From Thermodesulfovibrionales bacterium (lineage in GTDB: Bacteria; Nitrospirota; Thermodesulfovibrionia; Thermodesulfovibrionales; SM23-35), in NCBI GenBank assembly GCA_030019415.1, contig JASEEX010000003.1, positions 6,583 through 70,582 on the forward strand: a stretch of 64,000 bases of DNA. Reading direction: 5' to 3'. The position numbers and the translations under genes are program-made. A model generated the notes under the pieces. The model worked only from the letters and a program-made list of their open reading frames with translations. It did not search any database and was not told the origin of the DNA. Shown piece by piece: positions 18,675 through 27,870 of this stretch (positions are counted from its first letter, which is position 1; every line of letters starts with the position of its first letter).

Positions 18675-19619
18675 TTACGCAAAAAGCGAACTTATTGAAG
18701 ATTCCTCATGAATCCTCCTGATTGCCTCTCCTATAAGAGGCGCAATATTCAAAACAGTGAGCTTCCTGCACTGCTCTCTTTTGCTATTAAAGGGTATCGT
18801 ATTTGTGACAATGAGTTCCTCTATAACCGAGTTATTCACCCTCTCAACAGCAGAACCAGAAAGCACAGCATGTGTACACGCCGCAACAACTCGCCTTGCA
18901 CCTTTCTCCTCCAGGGCACCGGCAGCCTGAGTAATTGTACCACCGGTATCAATCATGTCATCGAGTATGAAGGTGTCCATATTTTCGACCTCACCTATCA
19001 CATTCATCACCTCTGAGACATTCATCATCTCCCGCCTCTTATCAATGATCGCGATGGAGCACTGAAGTCTTTTCGCAAAGGCCCTGGCCCTCTCGACACC
19101 GCCTGCATCAGGAGACACGATTACGAGGTCTTCGAGATTATAATTCCTTCGTACATAGTCGAGAAGGACAGGTGCTGCATAGAGATTGTCAACAGGGATA
19201 TTAAAAAATCCCTGAATCTGGGCTGCATGAAGATCCACAGTAAGGATCCTGTTCGTACCTGCCGCTGTTATCAGGTCAGCGACAAGCTTTGCCGATATAG
19301 GTACTCTCGGCTGGACCTTCCTGTCTTGCCTTGCATATCCATAATATGGCATAACAGCTGTTATTCTCCTCGCAGATGCCCTCTTAAGGGCATCTACTAT
19401 CAGGAGCAGCTCCATGATATTATGATTTACTGGCATACAGGTGGGCTGTAACACAAAGACATCAGCCCCCCTTACATTCTCATTTATACGAACCATTATC
19501 TCACTATCACTGAATGTCGTTACAGTGGCATCTCCGACAGGTATGTCGAGATAGTCTGCAACATCCTGTACAAGCTCCCTATGGGCATTACCAGTAAAAA
19601 GTTTCATCCCTTCCGGCAT
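18675..19619 (-). CDS. prs: Ribose-phosphate pyrophosphokinase
   Basis: 314 aa with YYGYARQDRK, DLHA.QIQGFF and DDMIDTGGT. Confidence 0.95.
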   Translation of the reverse strand: MPEGMKLFTGNAHRELVQDVADYLDIPVGDATVTTFSDSEIMVRINENVRGADVFVLQPTCMPVNHNIMELLLIVDALKRASARRITAVMPYYGYARQDRKVQPRVPISAKLVADLITAAGTNRILTVDLHAAQIQGFFNIPVDNLYAAPVLLDYVRRNYNLEDLVIVSPDAGGVERARAFAKRLQCSIAIIDKRREMMNVSEVMNVIGEVENMDTFILDDMIDTGGTITQAAGALEEKGARRVVAACTHAVLSGSAVERVNNSVIEELIVTNTIPFNSKREQCRKLTVLNIAPLIGEAIRRIHEESSISSLFA

Positions 19620-19640
19620 TGGTCCCCCCTCTCAACAAAA

Positions 19641-19675
19641 GTTTAAAGTTTAAAGTTATAAGCTATAAGCTATTA
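19641..19675. repeat. Heptamer tandem array (GTTTAAA GTTTAAA GTTATAA GCTATAA GCTATTA)
   Basis: Five consecutive 7-nt units read directly. Further arrays at 19863-19883 (CTTTTAA x2, CTTATCA) and 20027-20058 (TTTTGAT TTTTGCA TTTTGCA…). Confidence 0.8.
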
Positions 19676-19703
19676 ATTCTGTCTTCTCAAATGTTTTTCA
19701 ATC

Positions 19704-19796
19704 GTCATTCCGTGCTTCACTGAGCCTGCCCCGTACTTGATACGGGGAATCCAGTCTTTTTTTATGTCTGGATTCCCGCTTTCGCGGGAATGACAA
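19704..19796. repeat. Composite palindromic repeat GTCATTCC…CCCCGTActtgaTACGGGGAATCCAG…CTGGATTCCCGCtttcGCGGGAATGAC
   Basis: Nested hairpins with GTCATTCC/GGAATGAC outer arms. This is a repeat type I recall as common in intergenic DNA of uncultivated anaerobes (from memory, unverified). Confidence 0.65.
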
Positions 19797-19911
19797 CACT
19801 ATGCTATTATTAGTTCTGCGAAAGTTGTGTTATCAATTAATTTTAGATTAATTCCTCTTTCACTTTTAACTTTTAACTTATCACTCCCGAATTTGCTCTG
19901 CAAATTCGGGT

Positions 19912-19986
19912 TGGCTGGGGCGGGAGGATTCGAACCTCCAGATGGGAGATCCAAAGTCTCCTGACTTGCCATTTGTCTACGCCCCA
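19912..19986 (-). tRNA. tRNA-Gln (UUG), CCA encoded
   Basis: The reverse complement reads TGGGGCGTAGACAAATGGCAAGTCAGGAGACTTTGGATCTCCCATCTGGAGGTTCGAATCCTCCCGCCCCAGCCA. The anticodon loop is CUUUGGA. A perfect hairpin CCCGAATTTGC-TCT-GCAAATTCGGG at 19886-19910 follows the 3' end. Confidence 0.9.
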
Positions 19987-20050
19987 TTATCAAAAATGTA
20001 AAATTTAAAATTAAGGAATTCATTTATTTTGATTTTTGCATTTTGCATTT

Positions 20051-20887
20051 TTAATTTTCACCTGTTATTGTTTGGACAACTGCAGTCCAGAAGTCCTTAA
20101 AAACCTTTGAGATTTTCCGGGCCTCTTCCACTGAGCCAAATACCCCAAAGACCGTAGGGCCACTACCACTCATCGCAGAAATTACTGCCCCCCTCTCTAA
20201 CAACCTCTCCTTAATTTCGCCAACTATGGGGTATCTTTTAACGACAACCCTTTCGAGGTCGTTATCAAGCATGGTGTTGAGATAGGCAAAATCCCTTTTC
20301 CTTAGGACTTGACAAAAAAGTTTAATATCAACTGTTGTCTTTGTCAACTCGCTAACATTCTCATAAGCCCATGCCGTAGAAACAGAGACAGGAGGTTTTA
20401 CAAGAAGAAATACAATGGAGGAGTTAATTTTAAGAAGAGTTACCTTTTCGCCCCTACCTTCCACAAAGGCAGAAGGACCGTTCAGAAAAAAAGGGACATC
20501 TGAACCTATTTCTAAACCTATTAAGCTTAATTCCCTATTATTTAATCCAAGATTCCATAGCTTATTAAGCCCTAAAAGTGTATATGCAGCATCGCTACTT
20601 CCCCCTCCAAGCCCGGCACCAACAGGTATGTTTTTACGCAAGATTATCTTTACCCCCTTCTTGCAGGAGGTATGTCTCTTGAGCAGAGATGCGGCCCTAT
20701 AAACGAGATTATCCTCAAGAGATATATCTAAATCACTTATGACATCTAAAGTATCCGCATGATTAAAGAGCAGATCATCATAAAGCCTTATGCACTGCAT
20801 CAGGCTCCTAATATCATGGTAGCCATTATCCCTCTTTCTGAGAACTGTAAGAAACCAGTTTATTTTTGCAGGGGCCCTCAATCTCAT
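20051..20887 (-). CDS. ispE: 4-diphosphocytidyl-2-C-methyl-D-erythritol kinase
   Basis: APAKINWFL and PVGAGLGGGSSDAA (GHMP kinase motif). Confidence 0.9.
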   Translation of the reverse strand: MRLRAPAKINWFLTVLRKRDNGYHDIRSLMQCIRLYDDLLFNHADTLDVISDLDISLEDNLVYRAASLLKRHTSCKKGVKIILRKNIPVGAGLGGGSSDAAYTLLGLNKLWNLGLNNRELSLIGLEIGSDVPFFLNGPSAFVEGRGEKVTLLKINSSIVFLLVKPPVSVSTAWAYENVSELTKTTVDIKLFCQVLRKRDFAYLNTMLDNDLERVVVKRYPIVGEIKERLLERGAVISAMSGSGPTVFGVFGSVEEARKISKVFKDFWTAVVQTITGEN

Positions 20888-22566
20888 TTTAGACTTTGAA
20901 TCTTCTTCTCAACCCTTTCCTTAAGTCCTTCCTCTTTTTCATGAAACTCGATCGCTCTTTTCCAGAATTCCCTAGCCTTATCATTAAGACCTTTCGAGTT
21001 ATATACATCTCCTATATGTTCGAGTATAACGGGGTCATCCTTTACCATTTCGGCAGCCCTGAGGAGAATCTTCAGCGCCTCATCATGTTGCCCTAATTTG
21101 TAATAAACCCATCCCATGCTATCTATGATATAGCCACTGTCAGGCTTGAGCTCAAGCGCCCTGCTGATAAGTGAATGTGCCTCTTCAAGGTTTATACCTC
21201 TTTCAGTATAGCTATAACCGAGATAATTGAGGGCATCTGCATGTTTTGGATTAATCTCTATCACCTTCTTAAGGTATTTCACCATCTCATCATATCTATT
21301 TGTTTTATCAAATACTATGGCAAGATTAAAGTTTAATTCATCATTGTCTTCAAAACGGCTAAGTGCATCCTTCAGGACCGCCTCTGCCTTTGCATAATCC
21401 TTTTTATGGAGATGGGTTACTGCGAGGTACAGATAAACCTCAGGCTTCTCTTTCTCAAAGCTCAGTATCTCTTCATAAACAGCAATCGCATCATCATCCC
21501 TCTCCAGCTTTGAATATACATATCCGAGATGAAGGAAGACACCCAGATTTCTCGGCTCCTGCAGAATTATCTTTTTTAACTCTGAAATAGCCTCTTCATT
21601 TCTCCCTATTTCCCCAAGGGATAGTGCAAGATAGTATCGTATAGGGGTATTTTCAGGTCTTGCTTCAAGTACGATCCTGAATTCTTCAATAGCCCTATCA
21701 CACTGCCTGTCCTCAAAATAGAGTATTCCAAGCCTTACATGAATATCAATGTTTGTAGGCACCTGGGCACTCATCTCTTCAAACTGACTTATTGCCTTAT
21801 CCATTGTCTTCTGTCTGATATAGATCTGTGCAAGCCTTTCCCTGGCCTGGAGGTTGTGTGGGTTTATAGCGATTGCCTTACTGTAATACTCCTCCGCCTC
21901 TTTAAGGTTGTCTCTGATCTCACTGATAAGTCCCAGGTTGAGATATGCTGCATCAAAATTGGGTCTCTGTTCTATTGCCCTATTGAAATATTCTGAGGCC
22001 TTTTCAAGATCATTTTTATCGATATATATTAAACCGAGATAATAAAGTGCAATCAGGTTATCAGGGTACCTTTCGATAAGTTTCTCGAGAATTTCGATAG
22101 CCTTATCATATTCCTGCCTGTTAGTATAGAGGGCACTCAGAAAAAGGGCTGCTTCCTGATTATCTGGCTGTATCTTAAGAACCTTCTCGTATATATTTAT
22201 TGACTCTTCAGACCTCCTCTGACTGTTATAAAGCTCGCCTAAAAGCATAAGTGCCGGAATATAGTCAGGTTCTGTCTTAATGATATTCTCAGCAAGTGAT
22301 ATGGCCTCCATCACCTTTCCAGTCCTGAGAAGGACATAACTAATCTGTGTCTTGAGATAAGGAGATGAGGGATCCAGGTTAAGGGCTTCGTTATAATGCT
22401 TAAGGGCATCCTCCCACCTCCCCTGCCTTTCTGCATTATAGCCGAGGATATAAAAATAATAAGCATCCCCTGGAGGAAGGGGCCTTTCTTCATGCAGCCT
22501 GGCCTCTTTTGCTGTACATGAAACCAGTAGGACAAGTAAAAAAAGCAGTACTATCTTGAATCTCAT
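20884..22566 (-). CDS. Large TPR-repeat lipoprotein
   Basis: Signal/lipobox LLVSC followed by more than 12 TPR units. ATGA overlap with ispE. Confidence 0.8.
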   Translation of the reverse strand: MRFKIVLLFLLVLLVSCTAKEARLHEERPLPPGDAYYFYILGYNAERQGRWEDALKHYNEALNLDPSSPYLKTQISYVLLRTGKVMEAISLAENIIKTEPDYIPALMLLGELYNSQRRSEESINIYEKVLKIQPDNQEAALFLSALYTNRQEYDKAIEILEKLIERYPDNLIALYYLGLIYIDKNDLEKASEYFNRAIEQRPNFDAAYLNLGLISEIRDNLKEAEEYYSKAIAINPHNLQARERLAQIYIRQKTMDKAISQFEEMSAQVPTNIDIHVRLGILYFEDRQCDRAIEEFRIVLEARPENTPIRYYLALSLGEIGRNEEAISELKKIILQEPRNLGVFLHLGYVYSKLERDDDAIAVYEEILSFEKEKPEVYLYLAVTHLHKKDYAKAEAVLKDALSRFEDNDELNFNLAIVFDKTNRYDEMVKYLKKVIEINPKHADALNYLGYSYTERGINLEEAHSLISRALELKPDSGYIIDSMGWVYYKLGQHDEALKILLRAAEMVKDDPVILEHIGDVYNSKGLNDKAREFWKRAIEFHEKEEGLKERVEKKIQSLK

Positions 22567-22575
22567 AGTTAATTA

Positions 22576-24567
22576 TTGCACAAAGATAAGATTGATGACA
22601 ATATGATAAAATCCTCTATGGAGTTTCTGGATATCCTCTTTCCCATAAACCTCGGCCCTTTTACCTATAGATGCCCTGATGAACTCTTAGGAGTTGCAGA
22701 ACCGGGCATGATTGTGAGCGCACCCCTTAAAAACAGAATCGCAAAAGGGATTATCACAGGAAAGTCTTTAATAGTCCCATCTGGTGATGTAAAAGATATT
22801 CAGAAGGTCTATGGTGATGCCCCGGTATTAAGCAGTAATATGATTAACCTCCTCAGATGGATGTCGGAATACTACCTGACAGAAAAGGGTGTCGTGCTAA
22901 AAACCATGCTCCCAAAAGAGGCATTTACAAAGGTAAGACCGAGAAAGGCAAAAATCCCCCCTTACCCCCCTTCAATTCCCCCCTTACCAAGGGGGGATAA
23001 AGAGGAGTCAAAGGGGGCAGTATCCAGTCTTGCCCTGAACTTGATTCAGGGTTCGATAAATAAAAAGGCATACAGGACATTCCTCCTTCATGCCCCATCT
23101 TCTGCATATGAGTATTCCTTTGTGGTAAAGATCCTTTCGGGGGCGGAGAATGCAATACTTCTTATTCCAGAGGTCTCCCAGATCGATACCCTTTACCCTC
23201 TTTTAAAGGAGAAGTTTGGAGAAAGGGTATGCCTTCTACACAGTGGGCTGAGCAGGGGCAAAAGGTCAGAGGCGATAGAGAGAATTCTATTGGGTAGCTC
23301 TGACATCGTGCTCGGCACAAGGTCTGCTGTCTTCGCACCTCTGAAAAAAGTCTCCTCCATTGCCGTACTCCATGAACATAGCAGCTCTTATAAACAAGGA
23401 GAGGGCCTCCGTTACAGCGGAAGGGATGTTGCAGTAATGAGAGGCTATCTTGAAAGGGCAACCGTACTTCTTTCATCCATCTGTCCCTCCATTGAATCTC
23501 TCTATAATTGTAGATCGGGTAAATACAATTTAGTAAAACCAGAAGGAGATATTAAAAAACCCAGGGTGAGGGTGATAGATATGAAACATGAAAAACTTCT
23601 CAAGCCATATCTATCGAAGAGAGTTATTGATGCCTCTATGAGATATATTAAAAATGATAAAAAAGTAATGTTCTTGATAAACAGAAGGGGATACTCACTT
23701 CTGCAATGCACTGAATGTAATTACATACAAGAATGTCCTGACTGCAGAATTCCCCTGGTCTTCCATAAACATGACTCCTCTCTAAAGTGCCATTATTGCG
23801 GATACATATCTGATGTGCCTGAGAGTTGCCTCAGATGTAAAGGCTATAGCGTAAAGCTCCTCGGTGCAGGCACCCAGAGGGTCCAGGAAGACATCGAAGA
23901 ACTCCTGGGGATAAAAACCCTCAGGCTTGACAGTGACGTGTCCAGGAAAAGATCAGAGGTAGAAGGATTGATTGGGGCTATGTATAAAGACGATGTGAGG
24001 ATAATCGTCGGGACAAAATTCATGACAAGGAGGCTGGGTCCTGAATCAAGTTCAGGATCTGGAGGATTCTCCATGGCAGCTATTCTGAATACAGACCTTT
24101 TTCTTAATCTCCCTGATTTCAGATCTGTTGAAAAGGCATATCAGGAAATCTCATCCATAATAGATAAAATCGAGCCCCAGGGAGAAATATTCATCCAGAC
24201 AAGGATGCCACAGAACTACCTGTTTAAATACTTGAAAGATTATAATTATGATTCATTCTTCAGGGAAGAACTAAGCAGGCGCAAGTCCCTCCGCTATCCT
24301 CCATATTCAAGGCTTTTACTCATTAAATTTATAAGTAAAAAGGATCTGTCGAGGAAGCTATCAGAGATTCTAGAAAGGGCAGGTAAAGAAGTGGAAATCC
24401 TCGGCCCATCTATATCAAAGAATACTCAAGGCAAATACGAGTTCAAGTTACTTCTGAAGTCCTCTATTCGTGGAGGTCTTCATTTTGTAGCCAGAACCTT
24501 TATGGAGATATTCAAAGAATCAAAAGATGTAAAAATAAAAGTAGATGTTGACCCTATATCAATTTAG
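22576..24567 (+). CDS. priA: Primosomal protein N' (PriA) homologue with degenerate ATPase motifs; start uncertain (22576, 22603 or 22618)
   Basis: Colinear with PriA: LHSGLS..R, GTRSAVF, SSYKQ, the four-CxxC zinc region (CTECNYIQECPDC…CHYCGY…CLRCKG) and LRYPPYSRL. However, Walker A, Walker B, SAT and motif VI are substituted (see findings). Confidence 0.8.
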   Translation: MHKDKIDDNMIKSSMEFLDILFPINLGPFTYRCPDELLGVAEPGMIVSAPLKNRIAKGIITGKSLIVPSGDVKDIQKVYGDAPVLSSNMINLLRWMSEYYLTEKGVVLKTMLPKEAFTKVRPRKAKIPPYPPSIPPLPRGDKEESKGAVSSLALNLIQGSINKKAYRTFLLHAPSSAYEYSFVVKILSGAENAILLIPEVSQIDTLYPLLKEKFGERVCLLHSGLSRGKRSEAIERILLGSSDIVLGTRSAVFAPLKKVSSIAVLHEHSSSYKQGEGLRYSGRDVAVMRGYLERATVLLSSICPSIESLYNCRSGKYNLVKPEGDIKKPRVRVIDMKHEKLLKPYLSKRVIDASMRYIKNDKKVMFLINRRGYSLLQCTECNYIQECPDCRIPLVFHKHDSSLKCHYCGYISDVPESCLRCKGYSVKLLGAGTQRVQEDIEELLGIKTLRLDSDVSRKRSEVEGLIGAMYKDDVRIIVGTKFMTRRLGPESSSGSGGFSMAAILNTDLFLNLPDFRSVEKAYQEISSIIDKIEPQGEIFIQTRMPQNYLFKYLKDYNYDSFFREELSRRKSLRYPPYSRLLLIKFISKKDLSRKLSEILERAGKEVEILGPSISKNTQGKYEFKLLLKSSIRGGLHFVARTFMEIFKESKDVKIKVDVDPISI

Positions 24568-25498
24568 GCTTTTTCCTGCTCAGGATTTCTTTAGCATGTT
24601 CAATGTCATCCCTGATCTGCTTCTCAAGGCTTAAGACATCAGGGAAGAATCTCTGGCTTCTTATCCAGTCTATAAAGTATACTCTTAAACTCTCTCTGAG
24701 AAGGTTGCCTGAAAAATTGAATAAATGGGCCTCGTAACTCATATCAGAATCACCGAATGTCGGCTTTCTCCCAATATTTGCAACCCCATCGAAAAACCTG
24801 CCCTTAAAACCTACCCTTACAGCATATACACCTTCCTTTGGAACAAGTTCATTAGGAGTAGTTATATTTGCTGTAGGTATATGTAAAAGTTTCCCACCCC
24901 TACCTGTACCTTTTATCACATTTCCTTCTATTGGGTATGCCCTCCCGAGGAAGGTTGATGCCTCAAAGACCTTTCCTTCTAAGAGAAGACTTCTGATTTT
25001 GCTGCTGCTAACAACATCTCCGTGAACCCTCACATTCCTTACCACCTTAACACTAAACCCGTACTTTCTCCCCCTTCTCCTCAAAAGCTCTGTCGTGCCT
25101 TTTCTGTTCTTTCCGAAGGCATAATTTTTGCCGACTACCACCTCCTTAGCCCCTATTTTTTTCACAAGCACATCCTCAATAAAATCGTCGGGAAGGAGAT
25201 CAGAAAACTCTTTATTAAAATTTATGCAGAGCAAGACCCTTATACCCATTGCCTCCATCAGCCTCGCCCTCTCTTTGAGGGTTGTAAGTAGTTTTATCTC
25301 CCTCTCAGGAGCAATAACCTTCATTGGATGGGGCTCGAATGTGACAGTCATTGACGTCCCTTTTATCTCTTCAGACCTCCTTATTACCATAAGGAGTATC
25401 TTCTGATGGCCAAGATGCAGACCATCAAAATTGCCTATTGTTAGAACTGTATTAGGATAACTCTCGTTTAAGGCCTCAAGACCTCTGATTATCTCCAT
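24554..25498 (-). CDS. ribF: Bifunctional riboflavin kinase / FMN adenylyltransferase
   Basis: LTIGNFDGLHLGHQ, TFEPHP and the C-terminal riboflavin kinase motifs GRGGKLLHIPTAN and PTFG. Confidence 0.9.
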   Translation of the reverse strand: MEIIRGLEALNESYPNTVLTIGNFDGLHLGHQKILLMVIRRSEEIKGTSMTVTFEPHPMKVIAPEREIKLLTTLKERARLMEAMGIRVLLCINFNKEFSDLLPDDFIEDVLVKKIGAKEVVVGKNYAFGKNRKGTTELLRRRGRKYGFSVKVVRNVRVHGDVVSSSKIRSLLLEGKVFEASTFLGRAYPIEGNVIKGTGRGGKLLHIPTANITTPNELVPKEGVYAVRVGFKGRFFDGVANIGRKPTFGDSDMSYEAHLFNFSGNLLRESLRVYFIDWIRSQRFFPDVLSLEKQIRDDIEHAKEILSRKKPKLI

Positions 25499-26090
25499 CT
25501 CTACCCTCTTTTAAAAGTTTTTTATAGACTGCCTCGACCTGAGCCATTGTTTCTTCAAGAGTTCCATTGTTGTCTATTAAAAAATCAGCCCGCTTTATCT
25601 TCCCCTCTATCGGAAGCTGGGCGTTCAACCTGAGGATTGCCTCTTCCCTCGGAACACCATCCTTTTCGAGGCGATTTAGTGCGATCTCCTCCTTTGTATG
25701 TATAACAATCGTTCTGTCAAACCTGTCTTCGTATCCCCTCTCATAAAGCAGAGGTACCGCGATTATCAAGACTTTGTCCTTTACATTCATTTTATCAGTA
25801 AAATCTTTTATCTTTTCGAATGCGAGGGGATGAAGAATATCCTCGAGAGAGTGCCTTAAAGGGGCGTTTTTAAAGATTATGTCTGCAACCTTTTTCTTAT
25901 TCAGACTGCCATTTTTATTGAATACTTTATCACCCAGGAGTTTCCGTATCTTTTCGAGAATATCCTTCTCTCCAAGTAGCGCCTCAACAATCTTATCTGC
26001 ATCGAGAGTAACTGTGCCGAGTTTTCTGAACATATGGAGAACCGTACTCTTTCCCATCCCATAATTCCCTGTTAGTGCAACAAGGAGCAT
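25476..26090 (-). CDS. coaE: Dephospho-CoA kinase
   Basis: MLLVALTGNYGMGKST P-loop. Start moved to 26090 to avoid overlap with the upstream gene and a non-homologous extension. Confidence 0.85.
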   Translation of the reverse strand: MLLVALTGNYGMGKSTVLHMFRKLGTVTLDADKIVEALLGEKDILEKIRKLLGDKVFNKNGSLNKKKVADIIFKNAPLRHSLEDILHPLAFEKIKDFTDKMNVKDKVLIIAVPLLYERGYEDRFDRTIVIHTKEEIALNRLEKDGVPREEAILRLNAQLPIEGKIKRADFLIDNNGTLEETMAQVEAVYKKLLKEGRDGDNQRS

Positions 26091-26157
26091 GGGGAATATT
26101 ATACACCAACTTATCGACACTGAGGAGATTTGGAAATTGTGGAATGAATTGGAATTC

Positions 26158-26955
26158 TTAACCCAATGTGACAACTACTTTTTCTCCAACCGCTATGCCA
26201 AAATTTGATGAAGCACTACCTCTGTACACAAAAAGCTCGAGATAGCCAAAGCTGTTTATTAGTGAATAAAGCCCCTCGTCTCCAGCCTCGGAGTAGTGAT
26301 TCTTGAGAGGCACCTCTATGCCTTTCACTAACGCCCTGGGTTTTCCCTCCGGAGTGCTACAGAGTTCATCAATATTTTTAGTCTTTATATTCGTTATTGC
26401 ATTTCCGAATCGGTCTATATAAATAACCTCACCTTCAAGTATATTCTTTTCTACCAAAACCGGAGCTGGTACGGGCATTGTTACATAATCAGTAATTGGG
26501 TCACCGAATTTTGAAATATCGATACCCCTCGAGAACCAGGCGGCTACAGGGGCAAATATGTCCCTGCCATGGAAGGTTGAGCTCCTCTGGGGCAAGAAAT
26601 AGTGTTCTGCTGTAATATGTATAACATTAAGGCTTTCACTTAAGTTATAAATCAGAGAAAAAACACCATTATCAGATCCTACAAAGTAATAGTAGTCCGT
26701 TGTTACGAGAATAGGTCTGCGGACAGAACCCACACCCGGGTCAACAATAACAACATGTATCGACTCGTGGGGGAAGAATTTAAAGCTCATCTCGATTGCG
26801 ATGGCTGCTTCCATGATGTTCTGGGGACCTATATCGTGGGTGATGTCTACGATAGTGGCAGCAGGATTTATATCCAGAATTACCCCTTTCATAATCCCCA
26901 CAAAAGGGTCTCTGTAGCCGAAATCAGTTGTTAAGGTTATTATAGGATTGTGCAT
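26158..26955 (-). CDS. SAM hydroxide adenosyltransferase family protein (DUF62, SalL/FlA-like fold)
   Basis: ITLTTDFGYRDPFVGIMKGVI…VDITHDI…VVIVDPGVGS…FHGRDIFAPVAA. Confidence 0.85.
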   Translation of the reverse strand: MHNPIITLTTDFGYRDPFVGIMKGVILDINPAATIVDITHDIGPQNIMEAAIAIEMSFKFFPHESIHVVIVDPGVGSVRRPILVTTDYYYFVGSDNGVFSLIYNLSESLNVIHITAEHYFLPQRSSTFHGRDIFAPVAAWFSRGIDISKFGDPITDYVTMPVPAPVLVEKNILEGEVIYIDRFGNAITNIKTKNIDELCSTPEGKPRALVKGIEVPLKNHYSEAGDEGLYSLINSFGYLELFVYRGSASSNFGIAVGEKVVVTLG

Positions 26956-27859
26956 TATTCAAACCCCCGATGATTTCTTTCACACCCCTCATGCCTTTTT
27001 TCCCCAAATATTCCTCAATCCCGCTGATAATAGCAACAGTTGCCTCAGGATTCGCAAAATTGGCAGTTCCAACCGCCACAGCAGTGGCACCGGCGAGCAT
27101 AAATTCAATGGCATCCTCGGCACTCATAATACCACCCATACCAATTATCGGAATCTTTACAGCATTGTAAGTCTCCCAGACCATCCTCACAGCTATCGGT
27201 TTGATTGCAGGGCCTGATAGACCACCTGTAATATTTGAGAGTTTTGGCTTACCTGTCTCAATATCGATAGCCATTCCTGATATGGTATTAATGAGAGATA
27301 CGGCATCACTACCAGAGTCTTCTGCTATCTTTGAAAATTCCTGAATACTCGATACACTCGGAGATAACTTCGTAATCAGAACCGCCCTTTTTACCGATTG
27401 CCTCACCTTTGATACAAGCATTGCAAGTGTCTTCTTATCGGTGCCGAAGATCATCCCTGCCTTTTTCACATTCGGACATGAGACATTCAGTTCTATTCCG
27501 TCCACACCTGCATTATCCAGGGCCTCCGAAAGCCTCACATACTCCCGCACAGTATTGCCGAGGATATTGACTATCACCGGCGTGTCGAATCTTCTCAGAT
27601 AAGGCAGCTTCTCTTTTAAAAATCTTTTCAGCCCGACATTCTGGAGGCCAATTGTATTCAGCATTCCGCATGGTGTTTCACATATCCTCGGAGGTGGATT
27701 GCCCTCCCTTGGCTCTAATGATATGCCCTTAACCACAACAGCACCGAGCCTATTCAGGTCAACAAATTCCGAATATTCCTCGCCGTATCCAAAGGTTCCA
27801 GAGGCGGTCATAACAGGGTTTTTGAGTTTAAGATGACCTATGTTTACAGTCAAATCCAT
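26924..27859 (-). CDS. pyrD: Dihydroorotate dehydrogenase, class 1B catalytic subunit
   Basis: Start set at MDLTVNIGHLKLKNPVMTASGTFGYG. NVSCPN and GGLSG motifs present. The tracked start at 28000 reads through the repeat element. Confidence 0.9.
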   Translation of the reverse strand: MDLTVNIGHLKLKNPVMTASGTFGYGEEYSEFVDLNRLGAVVVKGISLEPREGNPPPRICETPCGMLNTIGLQNVGLKRFLKEKLPYLRRFDTPVIVNILGNTVREYVRLSEALDNAGVDGIELNVSCPNVKKAGMIFGTDKKTLAMLVSKVRQSVKRAVLITKLSPSVSSIQEFSKIAEDSGSDAVSLINTISGMAIDIETGKPKLSNITGGLSGPAIKPIAVRMVWETYNAVKIPIIGMGGIMSAEDAIEFMLAGATAVAVGTANFANPEATVAIISGIEEYLGKKGMRGVKEIIGGLNNAQSYNNLNN

Positions 27860-27870
27860 AATGCTAAAAA

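Noticed and set aside
19799-20023. 74-aa ORF on the minus strand.
   Set aside because: It runs straight through tRNA-Gln and the adjacent repeat arrays, so it is not coding.
19641-20058. Possibility that the short tandem arrays here, and at 45737, 48914, 49459, 51378, 52368 and 62254, are CRISPR arrays.
   Set aside because: The units are 7 nt and directly abutting, with no spacers. There are no repeats of 24-48 nt and no cas genes in the window.
23031-23051. CCCTGAACTTGATTCAGGG palindrome in priA as an inserted repeat.
   Set aside because: It encodes ALNLIQG, which aligns with the conserved L-x-L-N-x-x-Q segment that precedes the helicase core in PriA. It may be native sequence that merely resembles the repeat family, so it is only mentioned and not claimed as an insertion.
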